The position numbers and the translations under genes were made by a program. Positions 7,542-15,432 of a stretch of 64,000 nt of DNA are shown piece by piece. Source of the stretch: Verrucomicrobiota bacterium (GTDB taxonomy: Bacteria > Verrucomicrobiota > Kiritimatiellia > CAIQIC01). Position 1 is the stretch's first letter, and each line of letters opens with the position of its first letter. A model generated the notes under the pieces. That model made no database searches. It had not been told where the DNA came from and worked only from the letters and a program-made list of their open reading frames with translations. The stretch lies in assembly GCA_004321905.1 (NCBI GenBank), contig SCQF01000012.1, forward strand, positions 5,411 to 69,410. Reading direction: 5' to 3'.

Positions 7542-9161
7542 TCAATTCTTTGTCTTCGCCGCGACCTTGCGGGCCTGTTCCACCAACTCGGCCAAGGCGG
7601 CGGCGGGTACGACATGGAGGCGCTGCTCCTGCTGCAAGGCGAGATCGAACGGCATGGATTTACGCGAAGGCCGGCGGTTCATGGCCATCGGCTGCAAGGC
7701 CGTCACGCCCAGCAGACGACCATCGGCTAGAAAAATGGGTACACCCAACGGATTCTCGCCACCGGGATGGCCGTCGGTCAAATAGAAGACGCGCGGCTGG
7801 GTGATGCAGGCCGTGATTTTGCCGGTATCGGCGGTGAGGGTATAATGGTGCGAGCGATCAAGGCGGCTGATCGCGAGCACGTCGTCGAAGAGCTCTGCTT
7901 TGGCGTTCGGCTGCAAGGCGAGCGCGGGCCAAGCGGGGATTTTTTCGCCGGACTTCGGCGCGGGCGCAAGCACGGTCAACATCAGGTCGTCGTCTTGCAA
8001 GACGATGCGGGCGGGCACTTCCGTCCCGTCATGCAGCACAAAGTTCAGATGCTGCTCTTCATATTTGAGCTCGGCGGTCTTGCCGCTGTTGCCGCAGATC
8101 GCGAAACCCGCGCGGTCCACCAGCGTGGCGACGCATTCGACGTTTTGTTCGTGCGGCTTCGCGTTGTGGCCGTCGTTATACTTGAGGGAGCCACGCAACG
8201 TGACGATCGCGTCCTGCCGGGCCGCGATGAACGCGCGCGCCTGTTCACCGGAAATTTCGCCGAGCGTCGTTGGTCCCGCCGCGCGAGTGAGCGCCGGTGG
8301 CGGTTGGGCCACCGTGATAACGCGCGCGGTGGCTTTTTGGGCGCGCGCCACCAAGTCGCGCACGTCTGCGACCGGTAAAATGATCGACAGAGGCCGCACT
8401 TGGTTTTCCGATATCTTTTCGAGTTGCTCCAAATCGGGTGGGCGGAAATCCACCGAGCCGATGCCGATCAAGCGGCCATCGGTGGCAAAAACAGGCAGGC
8501 CCAGCGGCACGATTTCCGTCATGAACATGTGGCACGCCCGCGGCTTGGTCAACGCATTCACCGGCAGGCCACGCACCACCAGCGGGGTGCGCTGACAAGC
8601 TTCACCGGTGCGACTGAGCACCAGACAGGGCGCGTGCAACGCCGGCGTTGCTTCACCCGTCAGCGCTAGCGCGGGGAACGCGGACGTTTTTGCGCCGGCT
8701 TGCGGCTCGATGGCGAGCACGGTGAGGCCGAGGTCGTCATCCTGGGTGACCACGCGTGCCGGTACTTCCGTTTTATCCGCAAGCAGAACGCGCAACTTTT
8801 CCAAGTGCGCCTTGAACTCGATTTCGAACGATTGGTCGCCACGCTGAATATGCAGCGGGCCGTGGAACATGCTGCTCACAGGGTCCAGCAACAAGTTGCC
8901 CGCCACGACCCAACCGGTGGCATCCACAATCGTCGCCGGGGCTTCCACCGGCGCTTCATTTTCCTGCTTCATGCCCAGACCTTTCACGGTCATGGTGGTC
9001 TTGAGCGTGCCCAACACCGTGACGATCGAATTTTGATGCGCGGCCACCAAGTGCCGGGCGAGCGCGGCGCTGCCGCCCATCGCATGCGATCCCGACCGGC
9101 TGGAGACGCAACCGGCGAGTGCGAGCAGCACCACTGCGGGAATCGCGTATAAAATTTTCAT
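7542..9161 (-). CDS. Lipoprotein with two tandem degenerate (catalytically inactive) trypsin/HtrA-like domains
   Basis: A lipobox is present (LLALAGC). Both duplicated halves share remnants of HtrA core motifs (VVTQDDDLGLTVLA / IVLQDDDLMLTVLA; LIGIGSV / LLGVTAL) but lack the His and the GNSGGP Ser. It is co-oriented with htrA. Confidence 0.45.
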   Translation of the reverse strand: MKILYAIPAVVLLALAGCVSSRSGSHAMGGSAALARHLVAAHQNSIVTVLGTLKTTMTVKGLGMKQENEAPVEAPATIVDATGWVVAGNLLLDPVSSMFHGPLHIQRGDQSFEIEFKAHLEKLRVLLADKTEVPARVVTQDDDLGLTVLAIEPQAGAKTSAFPALALTGEATPALHAPCLVLSRTGEACQRTPLVVRGLPVNALTKPRACHMFMTEIVPLGLPVFATDGRLIGIGSVDFRPPDLEQLEKISENQVRPLSIILPVADVRDLVARAQKATARVITVAQPPPALTRAAGPTTLGEISGEQARAFIAARQDAIVTLRGSLKYNDGHNAKPHEQNVECVATLVDRAGFAICGNSGKTAELKYEEQHLNFVLHDGTEVPARIVLQDDDLMLTVLAPAPKSGEKIPAWPALALQPNAKAELFDDVLAISRLDRSHHYTLTADTGKITACITQPRVFYLTDGHPGGENPLGVPIFLADGRLLGVTALQPMAMNRRPSRKSMPFDLALQQEQRLHVVPAAALAELVEQARKVAAKTKN

Positions 9162-9880
9162 GGCGCTTCCTTGGTTGTGGTCGCCGTGGCGGCGGCGTGG
9201 CGTGCTTGTTCGATAACGTCCTGCAATTCATCCGCCGCCACGATGGTCTGCCGGCCCAAACCGACGCCGACCAGTTGGCCCGTCGCGTTGAAGACCGCCT
9301 CGCCATCGCCGCTGACCAGATGGGCGCAGCCATAAACCGTGCGCGGCTTGGTTTCCACGGAATTGATTTTGGCCGGTGCCGTTTCTACCAACGCGTTGTG
9401 ATTTTTGTCCATGCGCCCGACGATCACAATATCATCCAACACGTGCGCCTTGGCGGTCGCGGCCCAGTTGACCGGCTTGAAGGTGCCCGCCGCTACCGCG
9501 GACGGTTTTTCCGGCGCGAGCAAGACCGCATCGAGATCGCGGTCGGTCAACACAACACGCACCGGCAGTTCCGTTCCGTTGGGCAACTTGACCTTGAGTG
9601 TGCTTTCGCGGATTTCGATCTTGCGCGTGAGCAGCGAGATTTGCACCACGCTGGACGAGGTGAGCAGCAGGCCGTTGGTGTCCACGACCGTGACCGGCCC
9701 TTCGACCGTCGTGTCGTGTACTTGGTTGCAGCGCCCGCACATAAACTTGAGCGCACCGCTCAGCATGAGCACGGAATTTTGGTTGGTCGCTTGGATGGCG
9801 CGGATGGTGCCGGGCGGCAATTCCGCGCGCGCCGTGCCGGCGGCGATCAGCGCGCCGCACAAAATCATTTTTATTTTCAT
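9158..9880 (-). CDS. Secreted single-domain degenerate trypsin/HtrA-like pseudoprotease
   Basis: A signal peptide (MKIKMILCGALIAAGTARA) is present at the internal Met 9880. Compared with HtrA, the His region reads TSSSVV, the Asp is kept (DRDLDAVLL), and the Ser motif GNSGGP is replaced by SGDGEA. Confidence 0.45.
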   Translation of the reverse strand: MKIKMILCGALIAAGTARAELPPGTIRAIQATNQNSVLMLSGALKFMCGRCNQVHDTTVEGPVTVVDTNGLLLTSSSVVQISLLTRKIEIRESTLKVKLPNGTELPVRVVLTDRDLDAVLLAPEKPSAVAAGTFKPVNWAATAKAHVLDDIVIVGRMDKNHNALVETAPAKINSVETKPRTVYGCAHLVSGDGEAVFNATGQLVGVGLGRQTIVAADELQDVIEQARHAAATATTTKEAP

Positions 9881-9891
9881 AAACCGTGTTC

Positions 9892-9942
9892 CTTTGCCAA
9901 GGCTTGGAAAACGGGAAGGCCGATTTTTCCAAACCTTGGAAA
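9892..9942. repeat. Paired palindromic units (tttGccaaggcttggaaaa, 13 bp, ttttccaaaccttggaaaa)
   Basis: Located between the htrA stop (9951) and the downstream lipoprotein start (9880). The second unit ends only 9 bp after the htrA stop, and the first ends 12 bp before the next ATG. Confidence 0.8.
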
Positions 9943-9950
9943 ACGCCTCA

Positions 9951-12029
9951 TCATGGGGCATTTTTCTTGCTCGCGCCGTTCCCGTTGGTCCAATCCGGCT
10001 CCAGTTCGGCAAACAGCGTATGCACGCCACGCTTCAAGAAAAATACGACGCGCCTGGCTTTGGCGTGCGCGGCTTGCTTGAGCCGTTTTTCGGCGGTCGC
10101 CACGTCGCCGGTCGTCGTGCCGTCAATCGCCAGCAAAATGTCGCCACTGGCCAAGCCGGCCAGTTGCGCCCAGCCGCCGGTTTCGACGACGGCGATCTTT
10201 ACGCCTTGGAGGTCCGCCGGAATATCGCGATGAATCCGTTCCAGTTCCGTGAGCTTCTCGATGGTCAGATCGAAAACATCGTCTTTATAGGGTAGATGCT
10301 CCTCGGCGGTGCTCAAATCTTCCTCTAGTTTTAGAGTGAGCGTTTGCGACTGGCCGCCGCGCAAAATTTCGCAGGGCACAGCGCGACCCACGCGGTAGCG
10401 CCGGATCTGCGCGTAGATATCGCTCACGTCTTCGGGCCGCTCGCACTTCACCGGGTCGCCATCGAACTTCAGCAGGATGTCGCCCTTTTGAAAACCGGCG
10501 CGTTCGGCGGAGTGGCTGCGATAGACCAGTGTGACCAACGCGCCGCTGCGGCCCTGCAAGCCCAGTGCTTCGGCCAGTTCCGGGCTGAGCGCCTGCAATT
10601 CGGCGGAGAGTCCCGGCTTGCGCGCCGGTTCGACGTCGGGCCGTTTCTGCTCCTTACCGATTTTCACGACCGTCAAATACTGTCGTTTGCCGTGATCGAA
10701 TTTCACGAGCACCGGCTTGGTACCTTCGATGCCCTTGAGTTGCGCGTCGGTCACGCGGCGTAAATCGGCCACGCTGTTCACCGCGGCCTGGGCCACTTCC
10801 AGAATGACGTCACCTTCGTTGACCGCCGGCTTGGCGTCGCTCACGGCGCTCGCCAAACCCACGGAAACGACCAGCACGCCATTGGTGTTCGGCCGTTGCC
10901 ATTCGATGGCCGCGATCAGCGTCAGGTTACGCGCCACCATGCCCCATTCCTTGAGTTCCACGTCGTTGCTTTGCGCCTTGCCGCGCACGCGGGTCGTCAG
11001 GGTCAGCTTGTGTTCCTTGCCGTCGCGCAACGTCACGAGTTCCACTTGTTTGCCGACCGGCGTGGAAAGGAGCAGCCGGTTGAAAGCCGGTAAATCTTCC
11101 GGGATGCGGGCATCCACCTCCACGCCGTCATATTTTTGCAACACATCGCCCGCCTTGAGTCCCGCCGCCGCCGCGGGCGAATCGGGCAAGACACCGCCGA
11201 CGAGTACGCCACGTTCGATGCCCAGATTTTTGGGCCGCGCCTGTCCTTCGATGCCCAGCCAGCTCCGCTGCACACGGCCTGTCGCGATCAGTTGCTGCGC
11301 CACGTCTTTGGCGATGTTGCTCGGAATCGCGCCGCCCAAACTGCCCAAGCCGATTTCGTTGATGCCGATGATTTCGCCCGCGGGGTTCACCAGCGGTCCG
11401 CCGCTGTTGCCCGGATAAATCACGGCGTCGTGGCCGATCCAACGCACGACTGAACCGATGGCCTCGCCCTCTTCGCGGAAAGCACCCGCGCCGCCGAACA
11501 TGGAAGGTAGCATGAGCTGCGTGTTGCTGATAATACCCTTGGTCACCGACTGCGAGACGCCCGCCGGACAACCCATCGCCAACGCCACGTCGCCCACCCT
11601 CAACTGGTCGGAATCGCCGAATTGCGCCACGTGCAGCGGCGCTTTATTTTTGCGTTTGCTCAAATCAAGTTGCACGATGGCGATGTCCGTCAGCGGATCG
11701 GTCGCCACCAGCCGCGACTCGACTTCTTCGCCGTCGTACATCCGGCAGATCAGCCGCTTGCCGCGCCCGGCCACATGGTGATTGGTGATGATATAGCCAT
11801 CCTCGGAAATGATCGCGCCGCTGCCGGAACCGAGATTTTTTTCCAGCCGTCCGCTACGCGGCGACTCCATCACCACCATGATCCGCACCAGCGACTGGTA
11901 CATCCGGCTCACCGCGCGATCCACTTCCGCCGCGCTGATGGCGGGCGTTTCTGCGTGCGCGGGCAGGCGGGCGAGCAGCGCCGCCGAAAAAACGAGCAGC
12001 CCCACAAAGCGCCGGCGGTTTGGTTGCAT
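9951..12029 (-). CDS. htrA: HtrA/DegP/DegQ-family periplasmic serine endopeptidase with multiple PDZ domains
   Basis: The S1C catalytic triad motifs are intact (TNHHVAG, DIAIVQLD, GNSGGPLVN) and there is a signal peptide. The long C-terminal region is PDZ-like. Confidence 0.9.
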   Translation of the reverse strand: MQPNRRRFVGLLVFSAALLARLPAHAETPAISAAEVDRAVSRMYQSLVRIMVVMESPRSGRLEKNLGSGSGAIISEDGYIITNHHVAGRGKRLICRMYDGEEVESRLVATDPLTDIAIVQLDLSKRKNKAPLHVAQFGDSDQLRVGDVALAMGCPAGVSQSVTKGIISNTQLMLPSMFGGAGAFREEGEAIGSVVRWIGHDAVIYPGNSGGPLVNPAGEIIGINEIGLGSLGGAIPSNIAKDVAQQLIATGRVQRSWLGIEGQARPKNLGIERGVLVGGVLPDSPAAAAGLKAGDVLQKYDGVEVDARIPEDLPAFNRLLLSTPVGKQVELVTLRDGKEHKLTLTTRVRGKAQSNDVELKEWGMVARNLTLIAAIEWQRPNTNGVLVVSVGLASAVSDAKPAVNEGDVILEVAQAAVNSVADLRRVTDAQLKGIEGTKPVLVKFDHGKRQYLTVVKIGKEQKRPDVEPARKPGLSAELQALSPELAEALGLQGRSGALVTLVYRSHSAERAGFQKGDILLKFDGDPVKCERPEDVSDIYAQIRRYRVGRAVPCEILRGGQSQTLTLKLEEDLSTAEEHLPYKDDVFDLTIEKLTELERIHRDIPADLQGVKIAVVETGGWAQLAGLASGDILLAIDGTTTGDVATAEKRLKQAAHAKARRVVFFLKRGVHTLFAELEPDWTNGNGASKKNAP

Positions 12030-12104
12030 GTGCGATTCCCTTCCTTACGTTGTTGCGTTTCAGACCGGGCGGATGACGCCGGCGTTCAAAACGGTTCGGC
12101 AGCT

Positions 12105-12155
12105 TTTTCCAAGGGTTGGAAAAAGTCAACCGTCCATTTTCCCGGCCTTGGAAAA
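12105..12155. repeat. Paired palindromic units (ttttccaagggttggaaaa, 13 bp, ttttcccggccttggaaaa)
   Basis: About 75 bp upstream of the htrA start and immediately downstream of the response-regulator stop (12168). Confidence 0.75.
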
Positions 12156-12167
12156 CCGCGCCGGGCC

Positions 12168-12842
12168 TCAGTCGGCGACGTGGTTTTGATGCCAAGCGCT
12201 GGCCACGTCTTTCGGCCCCAGCCCCCAACGCCGCGCGTAGGCCAGCAATTCGCGGTCTGAATGGACGTCCAGTTTGCGTCGCGTGTTTTTCCGATGGACG
12301 CTCACGGTGTGTTCGGAAATCCTGCACTGTGCCGCGATTTCCGGGTCGCTGAAGCCGCCCACGACCAGCCGCAGCACTTCCTGTTCCCGCGTGCTCAAAA
12401 TTTTGTGAAAGGCCTCGGCGGAGGCGAGGTATTGTTTCCGGACGGCGAGGAAGCCCGGCGAAAAAAAGACGCAGCCAGCCAACACACGTTGTACGGCTTC
12501 CGTAACCACGCTCAACGGGCTGGGTTTTTCCACATAGCCTTGCACGTCGCTCTGGATCACCCGGTAGATGGTGTGGGGATCCATGTAGGCCGAGAGCATG
12601 AGAATCTTGACCGTCGGCACGACCGCGCGCAATGGCGCGATCATTTCCAGGCCGCTGGTGCCGGGCAGTTGAATGTCCAACAAGATTAGCTCGGGCTGGG
12701 TTTGCGTCGCCAGCGGATAGGCTTCGGCGGCGCACCGCGCGCAGCCCACGATGCTCAGATTCAATTGGCTGGCCAAGCACGCCGATAGCAGGTCGGCGAG
12801 CAACTGCTCATCTTCTACGATCATGACCGACGGGCGTTTCAT
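12168..12842 (-). CDS. NarL/LuxR-family two-component response regulator (REC + LuxR HTH), orphan with no adjacent kinase
   Basis: A receiver domain is present (MIVEDEQLLADLL...ILLDIQLPGTSGLEM...KILMLSAY), followed by a LuxR HTH (LSTREQEVLRLVVGGFSDPEIAAQCRISEHTVSVHRKNTRRKL). Confidence 0.85.
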   Translation of the reverse strand: MKRPSVMIVEDEQLLADLLSACLASQLNLSIVGCARCAAEAYPLATQTQPELILLDIQLPGTSGLEMIAPLRAVVPTVKILMLSAYMDPHTIYRVIQSDVQGYVEKPSPLSVVTEAVQRVLAGCVFFSPGFLAVRKQYLASAEAFHKILSTREQEVLRLVVGGFSDPEIAAQCRISEHTVSVHRKNTRRKLDVHSDRELLAYARRWGLGPKDVASAWHQNHVAD

Positions 12843-12884
12843 GGGCCAACAGCATAACAACAGAGCCGGACGCAAGGCAAACAC

Positions 12885-14288
12885 TCACCGGCGCTTGAAA
12901 ATATGGGTGCAGTGGCCGCCGGCAACTTCGGCGGCTTCCATGATCGTTTCGGAGAGCGTCGGATGCGGGTGGATGGTCAGGGCGAGGTCTTCGGCGGTCG
13001 CGCCCATTTCGATGGCGAGCACGCCTTCGGCAATCATATCGCCCGCGCCGTGACCGGTGAGGCCGACGCCAAGGACACGGTCACTTTCGGGATCAATCAC
13101 GAGCTTCGTCACACCTTCCTGCCGGTCGAGCGTCAGCGCGCGACCGGAGGCGGTCCACGGGAACTTGGCGACCTTGACCGTGCGACCTTCCTGCTCGGCC
13201 TGCGCTTCGGTCAGCCCGCACCACGCGATTTCGGGGTCGGTAAAGACGACGCCGGGGATCGCGCGCGGTTCAAAGACGCTCTTTTTTCCAAGAACCGCCT
13301 CGACTGCGACGCGCGCCTCGTGCGTCGCTTTGTGCGCGAGCATCGGTTCGCCGGCAATGTCGCCGATCGCGAAAATCGTCGGTTCGCCGGTACGGCGTTG
13401 CCCATCCACCTTCACAAAACCACGCTGATCGAGTTCAATCTTGGTATTTTCCAAACCAAGATCGCGCGAGTTCGGCTTGCGACCGACCGAGACCAGTACA
13501 CGGTCAAAGGTCTGCTCCGGCTGGGTCACCTGCGCGCCCTCGAAGCGGACTTTCAGACCGTCGCCCGCTTCGGTGATCGAAGCGACCTTGGTCTCCAACA
13601 TGATCGCGGCGAATTTCTTCTGTAACCGTTTGGCCAGCGGCGCGACGAGGTCGCGGTCAGCACCGGGCAATAGTTGCGACGTCATTTCCACGACGCTGAC
13701 GCGCGTGCCGAGCGCGGCATAGACCGAGCCGAGCTCCAAGCCGATGTAGCCGCCGCCGACCACGAGCAGCGACTGCGGAATCGTCTCCAGCGCGAGCGCG
13801 CCGGTGCTATCCCAAAGGCGCGGCGACTGGTTTGGGAAACCGGGAATTTGTGCGGGCGAGGAACCGGCGGCAAGAATCGCGTGATCGAACGCGAGTGTTT
13901 CCTCGGTGCCGTCGGCTTTGCGGATGAGCAACGAGTGGCCGTCACGGAATTTGGCGCGGCCTTGGACGAAGCTGATCTTACGCGCCTTGCGGAGTTGGCC
14001 AAGGCCGCCGGTCAAACCCGTGACGACGCTTTCCTTCCACGCGCGGATTTTGGCGAGATCGAGCTGTGGCACGCCAAACGTCACGCCCCACTTCGCGGCG
14101 TCGTGCGCCTCTTCGACCAACTTGGCGATGTGCAATAACGCTTTCGAGGGAATGCAGCCGCGATAGAGGCAGACGCCGCCGGGATTTTGTTCCTGATCCA
14201 CCAACGCCACCTCCAAGCCGAGGTCTGCCGCCAGAAATGCCGCCGGATAACCACCCGGCCCGCCGCCGATCACTACGAGTTTGCTCAT
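12885..14288 (-). CDS. lpdA: Dihydrolipoyl dehydrogenase (E3 component)
   Basis: The 467-aa product has a FAD-binding GGGPGG, the redox-active CxxxxC (GGVCLYRGCIPSKALL), an NAD-binding GGGYIGLE and the HPHPTLSE dimerisation motif. The start is the internal Met 14286-14288; the 775-aa ORF-track extension is spurious antisense of the neighbouring transporter. Confidence 0.9.
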   Translation of the reverse strand: MSKLVVIGGGPGGYPAAFLAADLGLEVALVDQEQNPGGVCLYRGCIPSKALLHIAKLVEEAHDAAKWGVTFGVPQLDLAKIRAWKESVVTGLTGGLGQLRKARKISFVQGRAKFRDGHSLLIRKADGTEETLAFDHAILAAGSSPAQIPGFPNQSPRLWDSTGALALETIPQSLLVVGGGYIGLELGSVYAALGTRVSVVEMTSQLLPGADRDLVAPLAKRLQKKFAAIMLETKVASITEAGDGLKVRFEGAQVTQPEQTFDRVLVSVGRKPNSRDLGLENTKIELDQRGFVKVDGQRRTGEPTIFAIGDIAGEPMLAHKATHEARVAVEAVLGKKSVFEPRAIPGVVFTDPEIAWCGLTEAQAEQEGRTVKVAKFPWTASGRALTLDRQEGVTKLVIDPESDRVLGVGLTGHGAGDMIAEGVLAIEMGATAEDLALTIHPHPTLSETIMEAAEVAGGHCTHIFKRR

Positions 14289-14352
14289 AATCGCTCCCGA
14301 ATTGTGCCGCAAGGCTACCACACGGCGGCGGCATTGCAAAATTTCCCGTACA

Positions 14353-14371
14353 GTTTCCAAGCTTGGGAAAC
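14353..14371. repeat. Degenerate single palindromic unit gtttccaagcttgggaaac
   Basis: The half-sites tttccaa / tgggaaa are imperfect. It lies in the divergent region between the lpdA start (14288) and the AEC transporter start (14436). Confidence 0.55.
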
Positions 14372-14435
14372 CACCGCCGGTTTTGACATTGCCGCCGGCC
14401 CAGCCTATGGTTGCCGTCCCAACACGGAGCGTGTC

Positions 14436-15425
14436 ATGGCGGATGCCGGGATCGTACTCAACAAAATCGCGGTGATGTTTCTGGTGATGCTGGCCGGCTG
14501 GTTGATCTGCCGGCGCGGCCTGCTGGCGCCCCAGTTCCAGACCGCGCTCGGCAGACTCGTCGTGGATGGTGTCTTCCCCGCGTTGGTATTCACGCAGATG
14601 CTCGGCTCGGTCAGTCCCGCCACACTGCGCGCCAGTTTGTGGATTCCTGTATTGGGCTTGGTCGTGATGGGCGCGGCCGCCGCCATCGGCGTACTGGCCG
14701 CGCGCGGATTGCGCACGCCGACGGAGCGGCCGACTTTTGCGTTCGTGATCGGCACGCCCAACTGGGTTTATCTGCCGTTGCCGATTGTGCAGGGACTGTT
14801 TGGCGCGGAAGGTGTGCGGACGGTTTTGCTGCTCAACCTCGGCGCGCAGATTTTTCTTTGGACCGGTGGCGTGGCGATTCTGCGCGGCCAGTTTGAGCGC
14901 CGCGACCTGCAACAGCTCGTCACCAATCCCGGCCTGCTCGCCACAGTCGCCGGCATTGTTGTGGCGTTGCTGGTGCCGGGCGCTGGCGATTGGGGCACGC
15001 CGCAGGGCGATCACGGCTTCGGCTGGTTCGCCGGCATCGTCGTGCAGGCGCTGGCGATGCTCGGCAGCTTGACCATCCCGCTCTCGTTGTTGGTCACCGG
15101 CGCGCAGTTGAGCGGTCTGACGTGGGACGATCCCAGCCATCGCGGTCTGTTGGCGGGTGTGGTGAGCTTGCGCTTGCTGGTGGCACCGGTGGTAACGATT
15201 ATCCTGATCCATATGCTGGCGCTGGCCGGGTTACCGCTGACGGTGGTCGCGCGCCACACCATCTATCTCGTGGCCGCGATGCCGGTGGCGATCAGTTGCA
15301 GTCTGTTCGCCGAGCGATTCGGCGGCGATGCGCGCCTGAGCGCGTCCAGTATTTTCGTCAGCACGCTGTTGAGTCTCGGCAGTGTGCCGGTGCTCTACGC
15401 GCTCATTCGCGCGCTGGGGTGGTGA
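14436..15425 (+). CDS. AEC (auxin efflux carrier / malate permease-like) family membrane transporter
   Basis: There are about 10 TM helices and the N-terminus MADAGIVLNKIAVMFLVMLAGW is typical of the AEC family. The start is the internal Met of the longer ORF. Confidence 0.7.
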   Translation: MADAGIVLNKIAVMFLVMLAGWLICRRGLLAPQFQTALGRLVVDGVFPALVFTQMLGSVSPATLRASLWIPVLGLVVMGAAAAIGVLAARGLRTPTERPTFAFVIGTPNWVYLPLPIVQGLFGAEGVRTVLLLNLGAQIFLWTGGVAILRGQFERRDLQQLVTNPGLLATVAGIVVALLVPGAGDWGTPQGDHGFGWFAGIVVQALAMLGSLTIPLSLLVTGAQLSGLTWDDPSHRGLLAGVVSLRLLVAPVVTIILIHMLALAGLPLTVVARHTIYLVAAMPVAISCSLFAERFGGDARLSASSIFVSTLLSLGSVPVLYALIRALGW

Positions 15426-15432
15426 AGGGTTG

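Noticed and set aside
12885-15212. A 775-aa ORF on the track, read as a single giant protein
   Set aside because: Only the C-terminal 467 aa is dihydrolipoyl dehydrogenase. The 308-aa N-terminal extension is low-complexity (Q/R/H-rich) antisense of the AEC transporter gene, and the real start is the Met at 14288.
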